Below, piece by piece: positions 40,631 through 52,799 of a stretch of DNA of 64,000 nt (position 1 is its first letter; each line of letters opens with the position of its first letter). A program made the translations under genes and the position numbers. The notes beneath the pieces are model-generated. The model was not told the DNA's origin. It saw nothing but the letters and a program-made list of their open reading frames with translations, and ran no database searches. Where the stretch lies: assembly GCA_036172245.1 (NCBI GenBank), contig JAYWIR010000041.1:1240001-1304000 (forward strand). Reading direction: 5' to 3'. Source of the stretch: Raillietiella orientalis. Its lineage: Eukaryota.

Positions 40631-41659
40631 AGGCTTCCTGCCTGCTACTGCATGGCGCCTGCTCAGGGACAGTGGGACGCTCGCTTGTCTTGATCACAAT
40701 TAAACACCTCGAAGCCAGGTAAGTATATGCTTGAAGCTCGAAGCTCTGAGGCCAATCTGGACGCGGTACGAGGTGGTGGTGATGGTGGGTTCGAAGAGGT
40801 TCCTTTGCCCTCCGCACCCTCTGCGGAGTCACTGCGTCCGGCAGCGCTCTCCTTCGCCCCCAAAGGGTCCGCTTCCATCCCTCCCGAGAGAGGCTGCGAC
40901 ATGAGGAGAGCAGCGGAGGTCTATTCCGAGTGTCCTCCGTGACCCCCTGTTGAGAGGCTCGCGCCAGCAGCCAGACTGGGCAAGACGACTCCATGACGCT
41001 CCCCGACGTTCGCCGTCGTGCGCAGCGCTCCGTGTGGCGGTGGCGGCGGCGACGAAGGTGTTCTATAGGGTCTCCTGGCGGTCCGCTCCAATAGAGGGCA
41101 ACGGTGTGACCTGATTGCCAGCGGCTGAAAAGCACTCCCTCGCTGCCGACTGCGAGCCCGGCTGAGGGTGCTGCGGGGGAACCCCAGCTTTCGGGCTTCG
41201 GGACCCACGACCCAAGGCCGAGTCCATCGTCTCCGGGTGAGGTGCTGGAACTCCTCTCGGGGCGGGGGCGTGCCTGAAGAAAACCGTTCTGACAGCCCTG
41301 CACCAGCCGGTCCCTCTGGTCACGGTCCCTCCAGGGGAAGCCAGGGGGCAAGAAGGTCGCTCCCAGGGGAGGCTTCTTCCCCTGCAGGCAGAAGTCGCCT
41401 TTGGAGGTCGATGCTGGATGCCTTTTCCTTCTCTCCTGGGGACAGCTTGATCACGGGTCTGATGTTCGGAAAATTCCCGCAGGTCCCTCCAAGAGGGCCC
41501 AGTCCAGTCACCTCACTTACTCTGCAAAAGCTCGGACACTTCCAAGCGTCCCCACACCCTGAGGTATCAGGTTCGAAAGGGACCCCGGCGGCGCCTCCAG
41601 GACCGCATAGGGCGGCGGGGAACACAGATCTCTCGCGTATCTTGTCGAGGGATGCAAGC

Positions 41660-42010
41660 CATTCTCCATTCCCTCCCTCCCCCGTTATCTCCCTCTACCT
41701 TCTCCTCCTAGCACTCTATTTCTCCCCGTCTATATTTTCATCCCCATTCCTCCTCCATCTCCTTCCAATCCCTCATTTTTCTCCCTCTTTATTCCCCCAT
41801 TCTCCCTCCCCTTCTCCTCCTTCTCACTCCCTCGTTTCTTTCCCTTCTTTCCTTCCCCATTCCTCCCTTCCACCTTCTTTTAATCCCCGATTTCTTTCCA
41901 TTTCCCCCTTCCCCTTCCCTCCTCGTTTCGTCCTTGTTCCTGCTCCGCATCCCTACTCCTTCCACCCGCCTCCGCCTCGCTTTCTCGTTCCTCCCCGCTT
42001 CCCCTTCCCG
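41660..42010 (+). repeat. Pyrimidine-rich (CT) low-complexity tract
   Basis: Predominantly C/T. It accounts for the P/S/F/L-rich tail of ORF 41168-42034. Confidence 0.9.
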
Positions 42011-45000
42011 GTAGCGCCTGTTTTTCAGGGGTGAACGTCCCAGCGTGACAGTCGGCAGTTCCTCCTCCCCATTCTTCTCCCCCTCACTCGTGCCTATTTA
42101 GCCTTCCCTGCTCTGAGTGCGCGCCCCTGCATGGTCTGGTGCGGGACCGACTTCGCAGCTGTGGCGGGCTGCTGCTCGTGCGGGGAGGGGGATGTGGGGG
42201 GGCGTAAGTGAGAACCGAAAGGAGTTGCTCGAAGCCCATCGTCTGCTCTGAGCCAGCAGGAGGCTGCAGACATGAACCCGAAAGCAATGGCAGTCGAGTC
42301 CACGTCCTCAGCCGCCAGGCAGACCGGTGGTCCGACCGCGGGCCCCGGGATCGGCTGCGCCGCAGATGGCGCAACCCTCCATCTTGCGCTGATAACGCAG
42401 GACTTGGAGACACCCTCGTTCCGGGTCCGCGAGTGCAAGGGAAGGAGCCTCGGACCCACCTCGGAACTCATAGTACCGCTCCCTCCCACCTCCAGTCCTA
42501 GGGGCACAGTTGTTGCCTCCCGCTGCGTCTGGGAGCGAGCGAAGGGGAAAGGCGAACCGCACGGGTGCTCGAAGCACGGGGACCGGCGAAGAATCCTCAG
42601 GAAGTGGGAGCGAAAGGAGCCCTTGCAGCACTTCTGAAGGCTTGGCCATGCTGGGACGTGTCGCTCGCGGGGGATGTCTTGGAGTTGGGCCGGAGTGGTT
42701 GTAGCCCATGACCAGAAGCTGGGGCCAAATCAGCTCCTGAAACTCCGCGAGGGCATGCGGGTCCAAAGACGGTTGCGGCGGAGGACAGCCCACCCCACCG
42801 TAGGAAGGAGTGCGACGAGGAGCGCAAGAAGTCCTCCTCCGCTCCAATGCCTTCGGGCAGCCACCTTCAGGGCAACCCTCATGCTACGATATTCCACCTG
42901 GAAGGTCCGTTTCGTCGGGCTCGCGGGATTTTCTTGATGCCGCTCCTGCCTCTGAGCTATCATTTGACGTCATGAAAGGAAAATGGAGGCAACACGGATA
43001 TCGATGTGCTCGCCAAGGTCGCAGAGCAGGGAACCCACTTCTTCCCTCTCCCCTGGGTTCGCAGCACCCGAAGGGATCCTCCTTCGCTCCCGAAGGGGAG
43101 ACTTTCACCCCGTAGAGAGGTTCCGAGTTCAGGGGAGCAGCGGGGGTGATTTCCGGGTGCCTCTCGCAACTTGCTGCCCAGAGGCTCCCCCCGGCAGCAC
43201 AGCGGAGCCAGGTGATCACGGTCCGGTTCTCAAAGAGGAGTCTCCAGCCAAAGCCGCAAGCATTCCGGACACTTCCTTGTGCAGTTATCCAGAACCTATA
43301 GAAATTGTCTATGAAGCGGAGCCCCCGGGAAGCGGAACTTTAAGCTCACTTAGGTCCTCCGATCTCGGAATGTGGAGAGCACCGGAGGCCCTCTCTGCCG
43401 ACCACAGACCCGACGCCCCCTTGGTGATGCAGGGAAACGAAAACGGCCACCTCTCGTCCGCTGGACGCTCTGCGCGCAATAGCCCCAGAAACCCGAGTCG
43501 TCCTCTTGACGACTTCGTTCCTTTTGTGCCCACTGGGGAGGGCGATGCTTCCCCACGCCTCCGCTGCGCCGGCGGATTAGGCATTCCTCCCACCCTCCGG
43601 GATCCGAGATCCGTAATGATAATAAATGACGAGAGCCGACGTCAAGATACTGAGAAGATGAGAACTGAACTGGAGGAGGAGGATGAGTCGCCCCCCTTTG
43701 TCCAAACTTGCGTAGGATGGCCATTACACAGGGGACCAAGTCCGCGGCCGTGGCGGGAAGCCGATTCCGCTGCTGCTGCTGCTCACTGATGAATTTTTCA
43801 ACAACTTCAATTTTTAATTTCTGTCACCTGCCTTTTCCTTCCTTCTTCCTTGGTCGAAGGCAGGCTGCCCCAGCCTCAGGAGGAACATTTTGGGGATGCC
43901 TCTCCATCACAAGCCGTGGGGGTCATTCGGTTCTCCTTTCGGGATCGACTTGTGGAAAACGCCACGGGAAGTGTCCCACTTTCTCATGCCGTTCCTTCGA
44001 GGATGGCGATGCCGTCCACGAGGCCGCCGCAGTCGTGAGGGTGGAGTTTCTCTTTGTCCGCGGACTTCTGGAATCGGGAATTTCCTGTCCCTTCCACTTC
44101 CGGTAACCTTCTTCCTTCACGTGGTCGCAGTGGAAACGATGAGCTGGATGGAGTTGCATAAGAGGAAAATACGGCATCTCCTGGTCTCCCCGTATGTCCG
44201 CTACAGTCGAGGCGTTTGCCGGGCAACCTCTGGACGACGTTGGCATTCCCTTTCGGCGACTGGAAGTCGTCTCCACGCGCAGCAGCAGCTCGAACATGAA
44301 GGTGGTACGAGGCTGGGAATGGGACGGCAATGCCTTCATGAAGATACGCTCTCCCGTCCGTATTGCATCGGGAGGGAAGCAAAGACTTGACGGTGGTGTA
44401 GGCCATGTTGTTTATATTTGAGATGTTGTAGCATTTTTTCGAAAATACGGCCGAGTTCGTTTCTGCTGCCATCCAGCAAACAGGTCCGAAGGCGCAGGGC
44501 GAAAGCACTTTGCGAAAGAACAAGGATCGGAACAGCAAGCGGAGGTACCACGAGGATCGGACAGCTGCTGAAATTCGCAGCGAAGAAATTACAAAATACA
44601 TCTCGTAGAGGAAAAATGCCTTCTTATCCGTTGAACCTCGAAGATAAGACGTGTGAAGACGCTGCGCTGGTGTGTTTCTAAAACCATTTTTTTTAAAAAA
44701 AAAGAAAAAGGAAAAAAAAAAAAAGCTCGTGGTGTGTAAAACCATTTCGGAGGATTCTTCTGTCTGTAGGCAAAATCATGGCGCCGTAATCACTGCGGTT
44801 GTCCGGTTTTTTTTTCCCTGAAAACTCGTAAAGCTTCTGAAACGTGATCGTGTATTCATGGTGACGCATCCGTGATGCCATCTGTTGACAAGCAAATGAA
44901 TTAACTGCAGTTCACTCCGCTGGTTCTCGCATTCAGCTCAGCTGTGCCGTGATAGTCAACATGAGGTCCGTCTGCATGGCGAGCGATCGTAGAGTACAGC

Positions 45001-45729
45001 CATGCTACTTCTATAAACCTTCCTTAAATATCGAGAAGGTCAGCACAGCTATTTCCTATTTTCTTTTTTTTTTCTGTGAAATGGAACCGGTTCCACAAAT
45101 CCTCCGCACTGAGCAGTTCAATTTAGTACGCAGACTGTATGAATGAATGGAATTTACTTAAACCGATGCAGTTCCTAAACGAGAAAAAAAAAAAAAAAAG
45201 TGAATGGTCGCCTTCATCGTTGCCATATTCTTTCGGGACCACGTGGAATATCTTTCCGTCCTTCAGTGGAAGGGAGGGTAGCGCATGATGCTGTCGTTCT
45301 GTTCTTGCCCTGTTCATATGACTTGAGAGCCCCCAGGTTAAAAAGCAAGTCTATTCCATGTAAATTTATTTCACGGATGTTACTTCACAAATTCCCCCTC
45401 CAGAACCTGGCTTCTGGAGTTCTTGGAATTGTTTTGCGATCTTCCAAGTGAGTTCTTACATAGGGCGGCATCTAATGTTCTGTCTTTTATTTCCCTCTTC
45501 TAGATGTTCTTGAAAAGAACTCCATCCTCCCATTAAACACTCCCCTGTTAAAGACAACTAAACATCGACTCGCAAGTGAAGCAACTTTCACTTTATTCTG
45601 ATTCACACATACCATTTATTTGTAGCATTTCATAATGGATTTTATCCAAAATCTACTGCAGATGTCAACCTAGATTCTTTATTGAATAGATAATCCTCCT
45701 AGTTCTACCTTGAACTCGACACATGGAGC

Positions 45730-46960
45730 TGTCTTTCAAAAAGTACTGCCACCAAATAATTTCATTTTCCAAGCAGATTGTCTCCCGTAAATTTACATAA
45801 TTTATGTACGATGAGCAAGAGTGAGACAAAAATACAGTACAGAATATTTGTTTACCATCCTCGACTGCTCCCCCGTACTGCAAAGGACTCTGTTTCCCAT
45901 CAAACTTTCCAGGGTGTCAAACTCCACTCTGGAAACCAGTAGCACCATTGAGACATAAAATTCTACTAGAGATAATGTTGAAATAACCTTTTCGGCATCC
46001 TCTTATATTATCTGCAGTATTTCATTTGTATTCCCGCCCCTTCCCTCGTAATTCTGTCGTTCTCTCATTAGTAATTCAATCTTGTTTGCTTGTTTCCCCT
46101 CACTACTGGAGGCTCTCAAGAATTGATTTTTTAGAGTCGTGCTCGATTTCTAGCGCACCAGATATTCTAGCACACCATGTTTGAGCAGCATATTGAAAAA
46201 CTTCGGCTATCCGTCATGTCGTGTCTGGCATGCAGGAGAGCCCTGGATAGAATTCTCGCCAATAACTCCCTCCACAAATCTTGCATATTCACTCCTGGGA
46301 AATTTCGAGTTTGTATTCAAAGTGTACGATCGCGCCATCACAGGTACTCCCTCCTCCCTTGACACCATGCTTCCTTTCAAGCTCACGGCTTGTTTATTTC
46401 TGGGATGCTTGTGCACAAGTGGGAATCTGTCTTCTCAAGGTCTTGATAATGATACACGAAGCTTCCACGTTCTTTATAAAGCGCTAGGCACTCCGAGGGC
46501 GAAGATTGCATGAAAAACCTGAGCCTTTTGCAGGCTGCTTCCACGTTTCTATGTGGAATCCAAATTAATAGCAAAAGCTGCCCAAAAACTGCTTCTAGCC
46601 GTGTTGCAAATCAGCTGCTACATCTAAGAGCTAAGTCGGGATCCACTCATACTTGTCATGTGAGTGCTGTGAGGGAATATCCATATCTGACTCGTGTTCG
46701 ATAGTCTCCCATGTCCAAGTTCTTGAAACCACCTAAGGAATTAAATAAAAAATTCGAGAAGCAGGACAATACTTCCATAGCATCCCCAAGCGGTACGTGG
46801 AAGACTGAGTTCAAGAAACTGTGGTGTTAGAGCGATCCTGAGCGGTGGATGCTGAACTGGAAGAGGTAGAGCCCAGCATGCTCCTAAAAGGTGCTGAAGG
46901 TAGTAAGGGAGGGAAAATGCACTCCCCTTGTAAATAGAAAACATCAACAACACTATTATT
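45730..46960 (-). mobile_element. KDZ (Kyakuja-Dileera-Zisupton)-like transposase remnant with CxC region
   Basis: On -, in order: VVDVFYLQGECIFP, FLRWFQEL, SECLA (CPAC-like), RHDG*PKFFNMLLKHGVLEY (CRH...NM..GE..Y), LQII*EDA (YDIAC-like), STGEQSRMVNKYS (GExxExxNxxLS), LAHRT...AWKMK (R...WNxxK). Many stops and frameshifts. Confidence 0.45.
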
Positions 46961-47749
46961 TAATGCTGAAACTGTTTTGAGCAACTGCTTATGACCATGA
47001 AGAGAACAAACCACAGAGCAGCTCTGCTTAGTTCTGAGGAAAACAACACGCAGGTGTGGATCGACTTACAACCATGCAAACCACATGGTAGTACGGGCGC
47101 TAACACTCTGTCCCATGAAGAAGGACAAAGGATCCAGGAGGAACTTTTCACAAAGAAGAATGAAGAATTCGTTGAGAATTCGTATAAGTACGATAACCCC
47201 CTGGATGTCCCGTCGTGAGAACACTATCCGAGACGAAATGATTTCAAAAGAGAACAAAAACACAAGCAGGGTTTCCACGAAATGCAGAAGATTATAGAGT
47301 TTATCATTTCGTCGGAGCTTTTCTATCGCAGTCGAGTGTTTCGACCCCAGTTTACTGACCCTCCATCCTGAACATTCTGAAAACAAAACTCCGTAAACGA
47401 AGAAGAAGAAAAAAAAAGATTCCGAGGAAGTCCGCTTTCCAATGCTCTCATCTTGGACGAAACAGAAAAAGTCTACTCAAAGCCACTCAGACGAGCATGG
47501 ACCTTATGAGATCTTCAACAACCCCTCTCTCTTCATTTTACTCGCATTAGTTACTCGATGGGGGATACTCGTTTCAGGGAGGATGATATATTTTTTAGTA
47601 GCTGTCATGAGAAATAAGGAGAGCCAACCATCTTGTTCCGTTTCTCCTGCCGACCGTTTTCTCGTGAGAAGTCTCCTTTCCCTTTAAACTCTATCATCAA
47701 TCATTTATTAATTAATGATTCTTTTTGAATGCTCATGAGCGCATAACTG

Positions 47750-48130
47750 GGGAGCTTCGGGATAGCCTTCATCACAACGAAGATGAGATATTGATGCCTG
47801 AAGATAGAGTCTTAGTTTTCAAATACAGCGACCCTCGGGAAAGGTCGCTCAAAAATCTTCGGAAATCTGTCTTGGTCATTCTGATTCTCCGTTTGATCGT
47901 TTCCTCAGCTTCGCTTCCGCCGAATACGTCGATGGCGAGGTGCACACTGATGGTGTTCCGTTAACCCTCGTTATTTTCTGGTTCATCTCCATCTCGTCGT
48001 GTTCTAAGGATGGTCACGGACTCACATCACCTGGCCTAGTGGTGGAATTGGTGAACCGAAACTTGTTCCCATTTTCTTTCTCGAAAGCTTTCCACTTACT
48101 CCGACCGGGAATAAGCGAAAAGAGAAAAGG
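47750..48130 (-). mobile_element. RTE-clade LINE RT C-terminal remnant
   Basis: The - strand reads GGSEAEETIKRRIRMTKTDFRR....SLYLKTK, the typical RTE EIKRRIxxAxxxF...LxLKTK segment. Confidence 0.5.
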
Positions 48131-48889
48131 AATCCTCATCATCAGCTACTGTTCTTTTCACATGGTATGCACGTGTCCATTTCTCGGCGCTAAAGGAAAC
48201 TGCATGTTCGACATTACTCGTTGAGCAGAAAAAATCATCAATATTCTGCATAAAAGATGATTCTCATATTACTGCTGCACTCTCTTGGTTTCAGCGGATT
48301 TCACAGAAAGGTTCAAAGATTTACCGACAACATTCCTGATGAGGCTTCGGAAACCCTGTTAGAATTCCTTTGAAAATCCTTTGAGGACTGATTTCAGTCC
48401 TGCTAGAAGGAACTGGGGCACGCCTGGACCGACCAACAAGGAACTGAGGAAGGCCGTTTCGAAGAAAGGCACCTTCAAAGGGAGGTCTGAGTGACGCTGT
48501 GCTGAAGAAATACATCACAGAATGAAAACCATTAAACCATTAAGCACAAAGAAGCCACGCGTATTTTGTTTCGATTTTCATTTCCCTTGATTGCATTTCT
48601 TACGTGGAAACTCAGTGTCCAAATTAATTACAGCATCGCTGTATTTGTCAGGAAAATGTAATACACGTAACTTCGCAGCAGTTTCATATCCGTCGTGCTC
48701 ACTTTCAAGTGTGCATACGCGTACATTGCGATTCGTACGCGCTGCCATGCCGTTTTTGCATTTATCGGATCACCACGGTTGCCTTCTATAAATTTCGTGC
48801 TGATACATCAGTGGAATGCAGAACACATCCAAAAGTTTCAGTTCACGCGGGCGAGTGCGCGTTTGCATGAGTTTCCCGTCATGCGTTGA

Positions 48890-49250
48890 TCCTCATCTTG
48901 GACCACATCGAATCTCTTCACTGCCGAGTCCTTCGGAAACGTTCCTTTTTCGGACTGGAAAACTTGCGCAACGACAACGAATTACTGAAAGTCCGTTCAA
49001 AGTATTTCGGGCTCCAGGATTTTTATCAGCGCCAAAAAAATGCACCATGGAAGACGGTTCTCGGTGCCCTGGCTGCTTACCAATCTGTTGGTTCACCCAC
49101 TCCAGCGCAAATTCGATTCTCAGCAGCCTCATTTTCGATGCTTCGTTTCAGAAGATGCAAATCACTTTGAAGGCGCGGTTATCTGCTACGTGTGTCACAC
49201 ATGGCTGACGCCTCACCATGTCTTCAGAGAATTCCTCGATAGTTCCTTAG
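48890..49250 (-). mobile_element. Tc1/mariner-like transposase remnant
   Basis: SEDMVRR...AFKV...RLLRIEFALEWV resembles SxxTVRR...YK...RxxFA upstream of the DDE/D domain. Confidence 0.35.
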
Positions 49251-50725
49251 TAACCTTTTGCTGTTGGGTTCACTTTATGGCATTGGTGGTACACGTTGTC
49301 GCGCACGCGTGACGAATCCTGCGTGTGAGCATGGTGCAACTTGGGCTTCAACCCTTCCTACACGCGCGCTACCTCCCCCAACATCGACTCCTGTCGTGGG
49401 GAGCTCTGTGGCAGGACCGGAGAGGATGCGTGGCATAAACCCAATCGGAAATCGAACGTGCCGTTGTCTTTGAAGTTCACTTTCGAAAAAGCGCGGATTT
49501 GGTCCCAGGAAGCTGCGCAGCAGTGTGCCGTCTCTTCCTTTGCTTCTCGAGAAAGCTACAGATTCCGGCAGCCACTCTTTGAAATGGAGAAGCGAAAGAC
49601 GTACAGTGCAGGCTCCCGTATACAAATATCTGCAAACCGCGGGGAGTGCGTTCTTCTTTATACGATTCCCACGGGTAAAGTGATACTATTTATAAGAGAT
49701 GTAAGATGTATCCTAAGCAGTCGAATATTTATTGTTTCACCCCGGAAAAGAAGAGAAAAGAATTGAAGGTGCCCATTTATCAGTGGACTCGAAATAAGAA
49801 AAAAATATTTGGAGTTTTGTTGATATGTATGCAATTTAAACAAGTTTTGCAATTTCAGCTCGGCCCATCTCGTTATTCAACACTTCAACTTGCTTAAATT
49901 TCGCCTTGATGTTCTTTTTGAAGACAGCTGAATTTGCACTGTACCACAAAAGTAAAATGCATCCACAGAGTACTGCGGCGCGCTGATCAACCGCGTTGTA
50001 CGAGGTCTGTCGCCTTATACGGATCCGCGTTCTACTAGAGTCTACTGTCTGTAATTCACAATAAAGCTGCCTTTCTAGTGAGCCCTTTCTTGCGCTGAAT
50101 GCCGACCTATTCTTCATTGCTTCCTAATTAATTTGACTCATCCTCCTGCGATTCAACTCTTGATCGGTTGCAGATCTATCGAGATACGGGACGAAGTCAG
50201 TCTCGATGGGATGTTTTTGTGGATGCTGGAAAGATTTACCTCAAAAGATGACAGGGGAAAAGACAAGTAATGATGGGCCGATATCGTGGAGATTTCAACC
50301 CACACCAGCAAGTTTCAGATAATGGATTTTGAAAACATCCGTGGGTTTCGAACCCCATTTATCTATCTCTTCGGAAGTTGTGTTTGGCGATGAACTTCCA
50401 CCTATGGTTTCAGATCTGATACATGTTTCCAGACACAGCATCGTGATTGATTGAAAGAAAGAGGAAGAAAAGAATGGAGCTCGCAGTCTGGACTATCGAT
50501 TTTGCTGCGATGTAACAGAACATTTTGGATTAGGATGACTTTCTGCTCTTCATCTTGAGAGAGAGAAACTGACGAATAAACAGATCGAACTGCGATTCCT
50601 ATGAGAGAGAGATGCGGCTACTTGTAAATTTTTCCGGGAAGATGAACGGAAACAAGGCGAAGCCTCTGAGGAACTCGGATCAAGTGCTTGCTTGCCTCAG
50701 ATGGGACTTCCGCCCCGGAACGCCA

Positions 50726-50777
50726 AGAGTTTCTTAAGCGGCGACCAGCTAACCTGGTCGCCGCTTAAGAAAACTCT
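50726..50777. repeat. Near-perfect inverted repeat (19-bp perfect stem, 5-nt loop)
   Basis: agagtttcttaagcggcgaccag-ctaac-ctggtcgccgcttaagaaaactct. One bulged A in the outer arm. Confidence 0.95.
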
Positions 50778-51239
50778 CCGAGAACGCAAACGTGAAACTC
50801 ACTGAACTCCCATCCACTTTGAGGAAGAATCAACTCTTCGAGACGTGGTCTGTTGGAAGCGCAGAGAAGGGGACGATGTCCCATCGTGATTCAAGAACCT
50901 TCAGCTGGCTTCCATTCTTCAGCTTGTCTGAGCGCTTTCAAAAGAACAGTGGCACTTTTTTTCACCCTTGCTCTTTTGGCGTCTTTCTAGGGGGAACACT
51001 GTCTGCAGGACGTTGTCCCTGCACCTGAGAAAAGTTACCTACGCGATATCTCTGAATGTTTTCCGAAGGAATGGGGAACGTCTCCGATTTGGTACAGATG
51101 ATTGCTCAAGCTAAAAAGTTCGCCGTGATGGTTTCTTTGGGAATCTCAAACCGGCCATCGAGGTGCTCGCCCATTGACTCGATTTAGGTTTCATCTCGCG
51201 GAAATGGTAGCTGATGGTTGGAGGCTTCAAATTCGGATG

Positions 51240-51620
51240 CAGGCAGCTTCCGTTTTCCACCATAGAAAACCGGAAATCGTCCGCTTTTTTCGAAATCCCA
51301 CGTCCGATGCTCCTTTCGAGATCCGAACTTCGCTGCTTGGAGTTGAAAAATCGGCTTCCCTTCCGAGTGGCTTCGAGGAAAACTTTCGGTTGAAAAAAGA
51401 AAAGGTCACTTTCTGCCGTTGATGATCGCCTACTCCAAAATAATAATGGAGCAAGTAGTGGGTGCGCAGGGAGTTTCCGAGCGTTTCAATCCCTGGCTGC
51501 TTCCGGGAGTGGAGCAATCGTTTCGGAGAAACAGAGAGGATGCTTCCAGGCCAACGAGTGAAGTCCTGGCAACGTGTGCGGCAGCACCGATTCACTCACA
51601 CAGAAAAATCAGCCCCTACG
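51240..51620 (+). mobile_element. Possible Penelope-like RT remnant
   Basis: EIVRFFRNPTSDAPFEIRTSLL (DVxSLFTNVP..AI), DDRLLQNNNGASSG (YxQxxGxAMG) and KSWQRVRQHRF (WxRYVDDxF) occur in the expected order, but are very eroded. Confidence 0.35.
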
Positions 51621-52799
51621 ACGTGTCGTTGCGGATGCGGAAAAGCTCCACTTAGCAGAAGCCACGAGCACAAACAAAAATAAAAATAAAAATCCTGAGC
51701 CTAGCGAATGCCTGTTTATGGGGACAAAGGAAAGGGATTAAAAAAAATAAAAATACATTCATCTCTTCTTTATAGACTTCTGCTTTAATTCACACCATTG
51801 CACCCCGCATTCAAGTTGGCTGCAGAGGTTCGTTGAACGTATTATTGCCTCCTTCCACACGAATGCAACTGGGATTCGAGCCACTCACATCCGACGTCAA
51901 TTCTTTGGAAGTGATTTAGCCCATGGACATGGTGACCTTCCATTGTCAGGAGCTCTTCCTTCCATTGGAATCACTTGTTGCTGTCGGGAGTAAATCCAAC
52001 TGCAAACCCAGATGGTGGTGATTCCCTCCAGCAGACTGAATCGATTTGCTTTTTTGCTTTTTCTTCTCTCTCGGTATGCACCCTTGTGCTCCCCTCAAAA
52101 AGGGATTCTTTAGGTAAATCATGCAACACAAAACACGAGCATTCATCTTCCAGATGCTGCGCGCGAGGAAGCCATTCGGCTGTTCCAATTTGAAAAAACG
52201 AGCGAGAACTTGCCATCCTGGGAAACTTCTTCCAGAGTCCGCTGAATGGCGCTGCACTCGCGCTGATTTATAGTAGAGCTCAGAGCAGACTTCAGCAAAG
52301 GTTCCGTTAGGTTGCAGCCTCATCCGCGAGGGAACTCACGCTAACCAGATCCGCCCTGTATCGGGAATCCTCAAGTCGGGCGGTTCTCTTTTTTTTTGGG
52401 GGGGGGGCGCTTTCGCTTGGCTGGCGAGGCTCCTGCCACAAGACAGAGTATCGCGCAGCGTTCGGCACGGCACGCTAAAGATGGAAACTCCAGGAGAAAA
52501 CCCACGCGTCAGACCAACCATAGAACCTGCAGAGGAGGGTTTTCGGTACTGGGGGATTCCGTATTTCTTCGCGTCAGGTGGCCCCCTCTCATATGAGGCT
52601 CAGAGAAGGAACGAGAGCGTCAAAGGCAGTCAAGGCAAAGGAAAATGTCGCGCGGCCATCCCACTCATTCGAAACGAGGGTCGCACTTTCAGGACTGCAC
52701 CCCATGAACATGGAAAGCCCCGCCTCAAAAAAGTCGAAAAAACCGCACTTGAACAGCATCGATGACTGAGAGATCAAGAGCAAAATTTTCGGGAAAGTT

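Larger units (their letters stand above)
39830..44400 (-). mobile_element. Nest of GC-rich LINE ORF1/gag-like fragments with degenerate zinc knuckles
   Basis: Three knuckle-like segments on -: HRFHCDHVKEEGY (~44100-44150), LQVLRYQRKMEGCAICGAAD (~42340-42420), and EVTGLGPLGG..NIRPVIKLSPG..SSI...GWCRA (~41270-41520). They are separated by purine- or pyrimidine-rich tracts. Confidence 0.55.

Noticed and set aside
40134..42034. 405-aa (-) and 288-aa (+) ORFs
   Set aside because: Their length comes from stop-poor GC-rich and CT/GA low-complexity tracts. They are not credible genes.
48336..48360. ctgatgaggcttcggaaac hammerhead-like core
   Set aside because: Stem II does not close (GGAAA rather than CGAAA) and no stems I/III were found.
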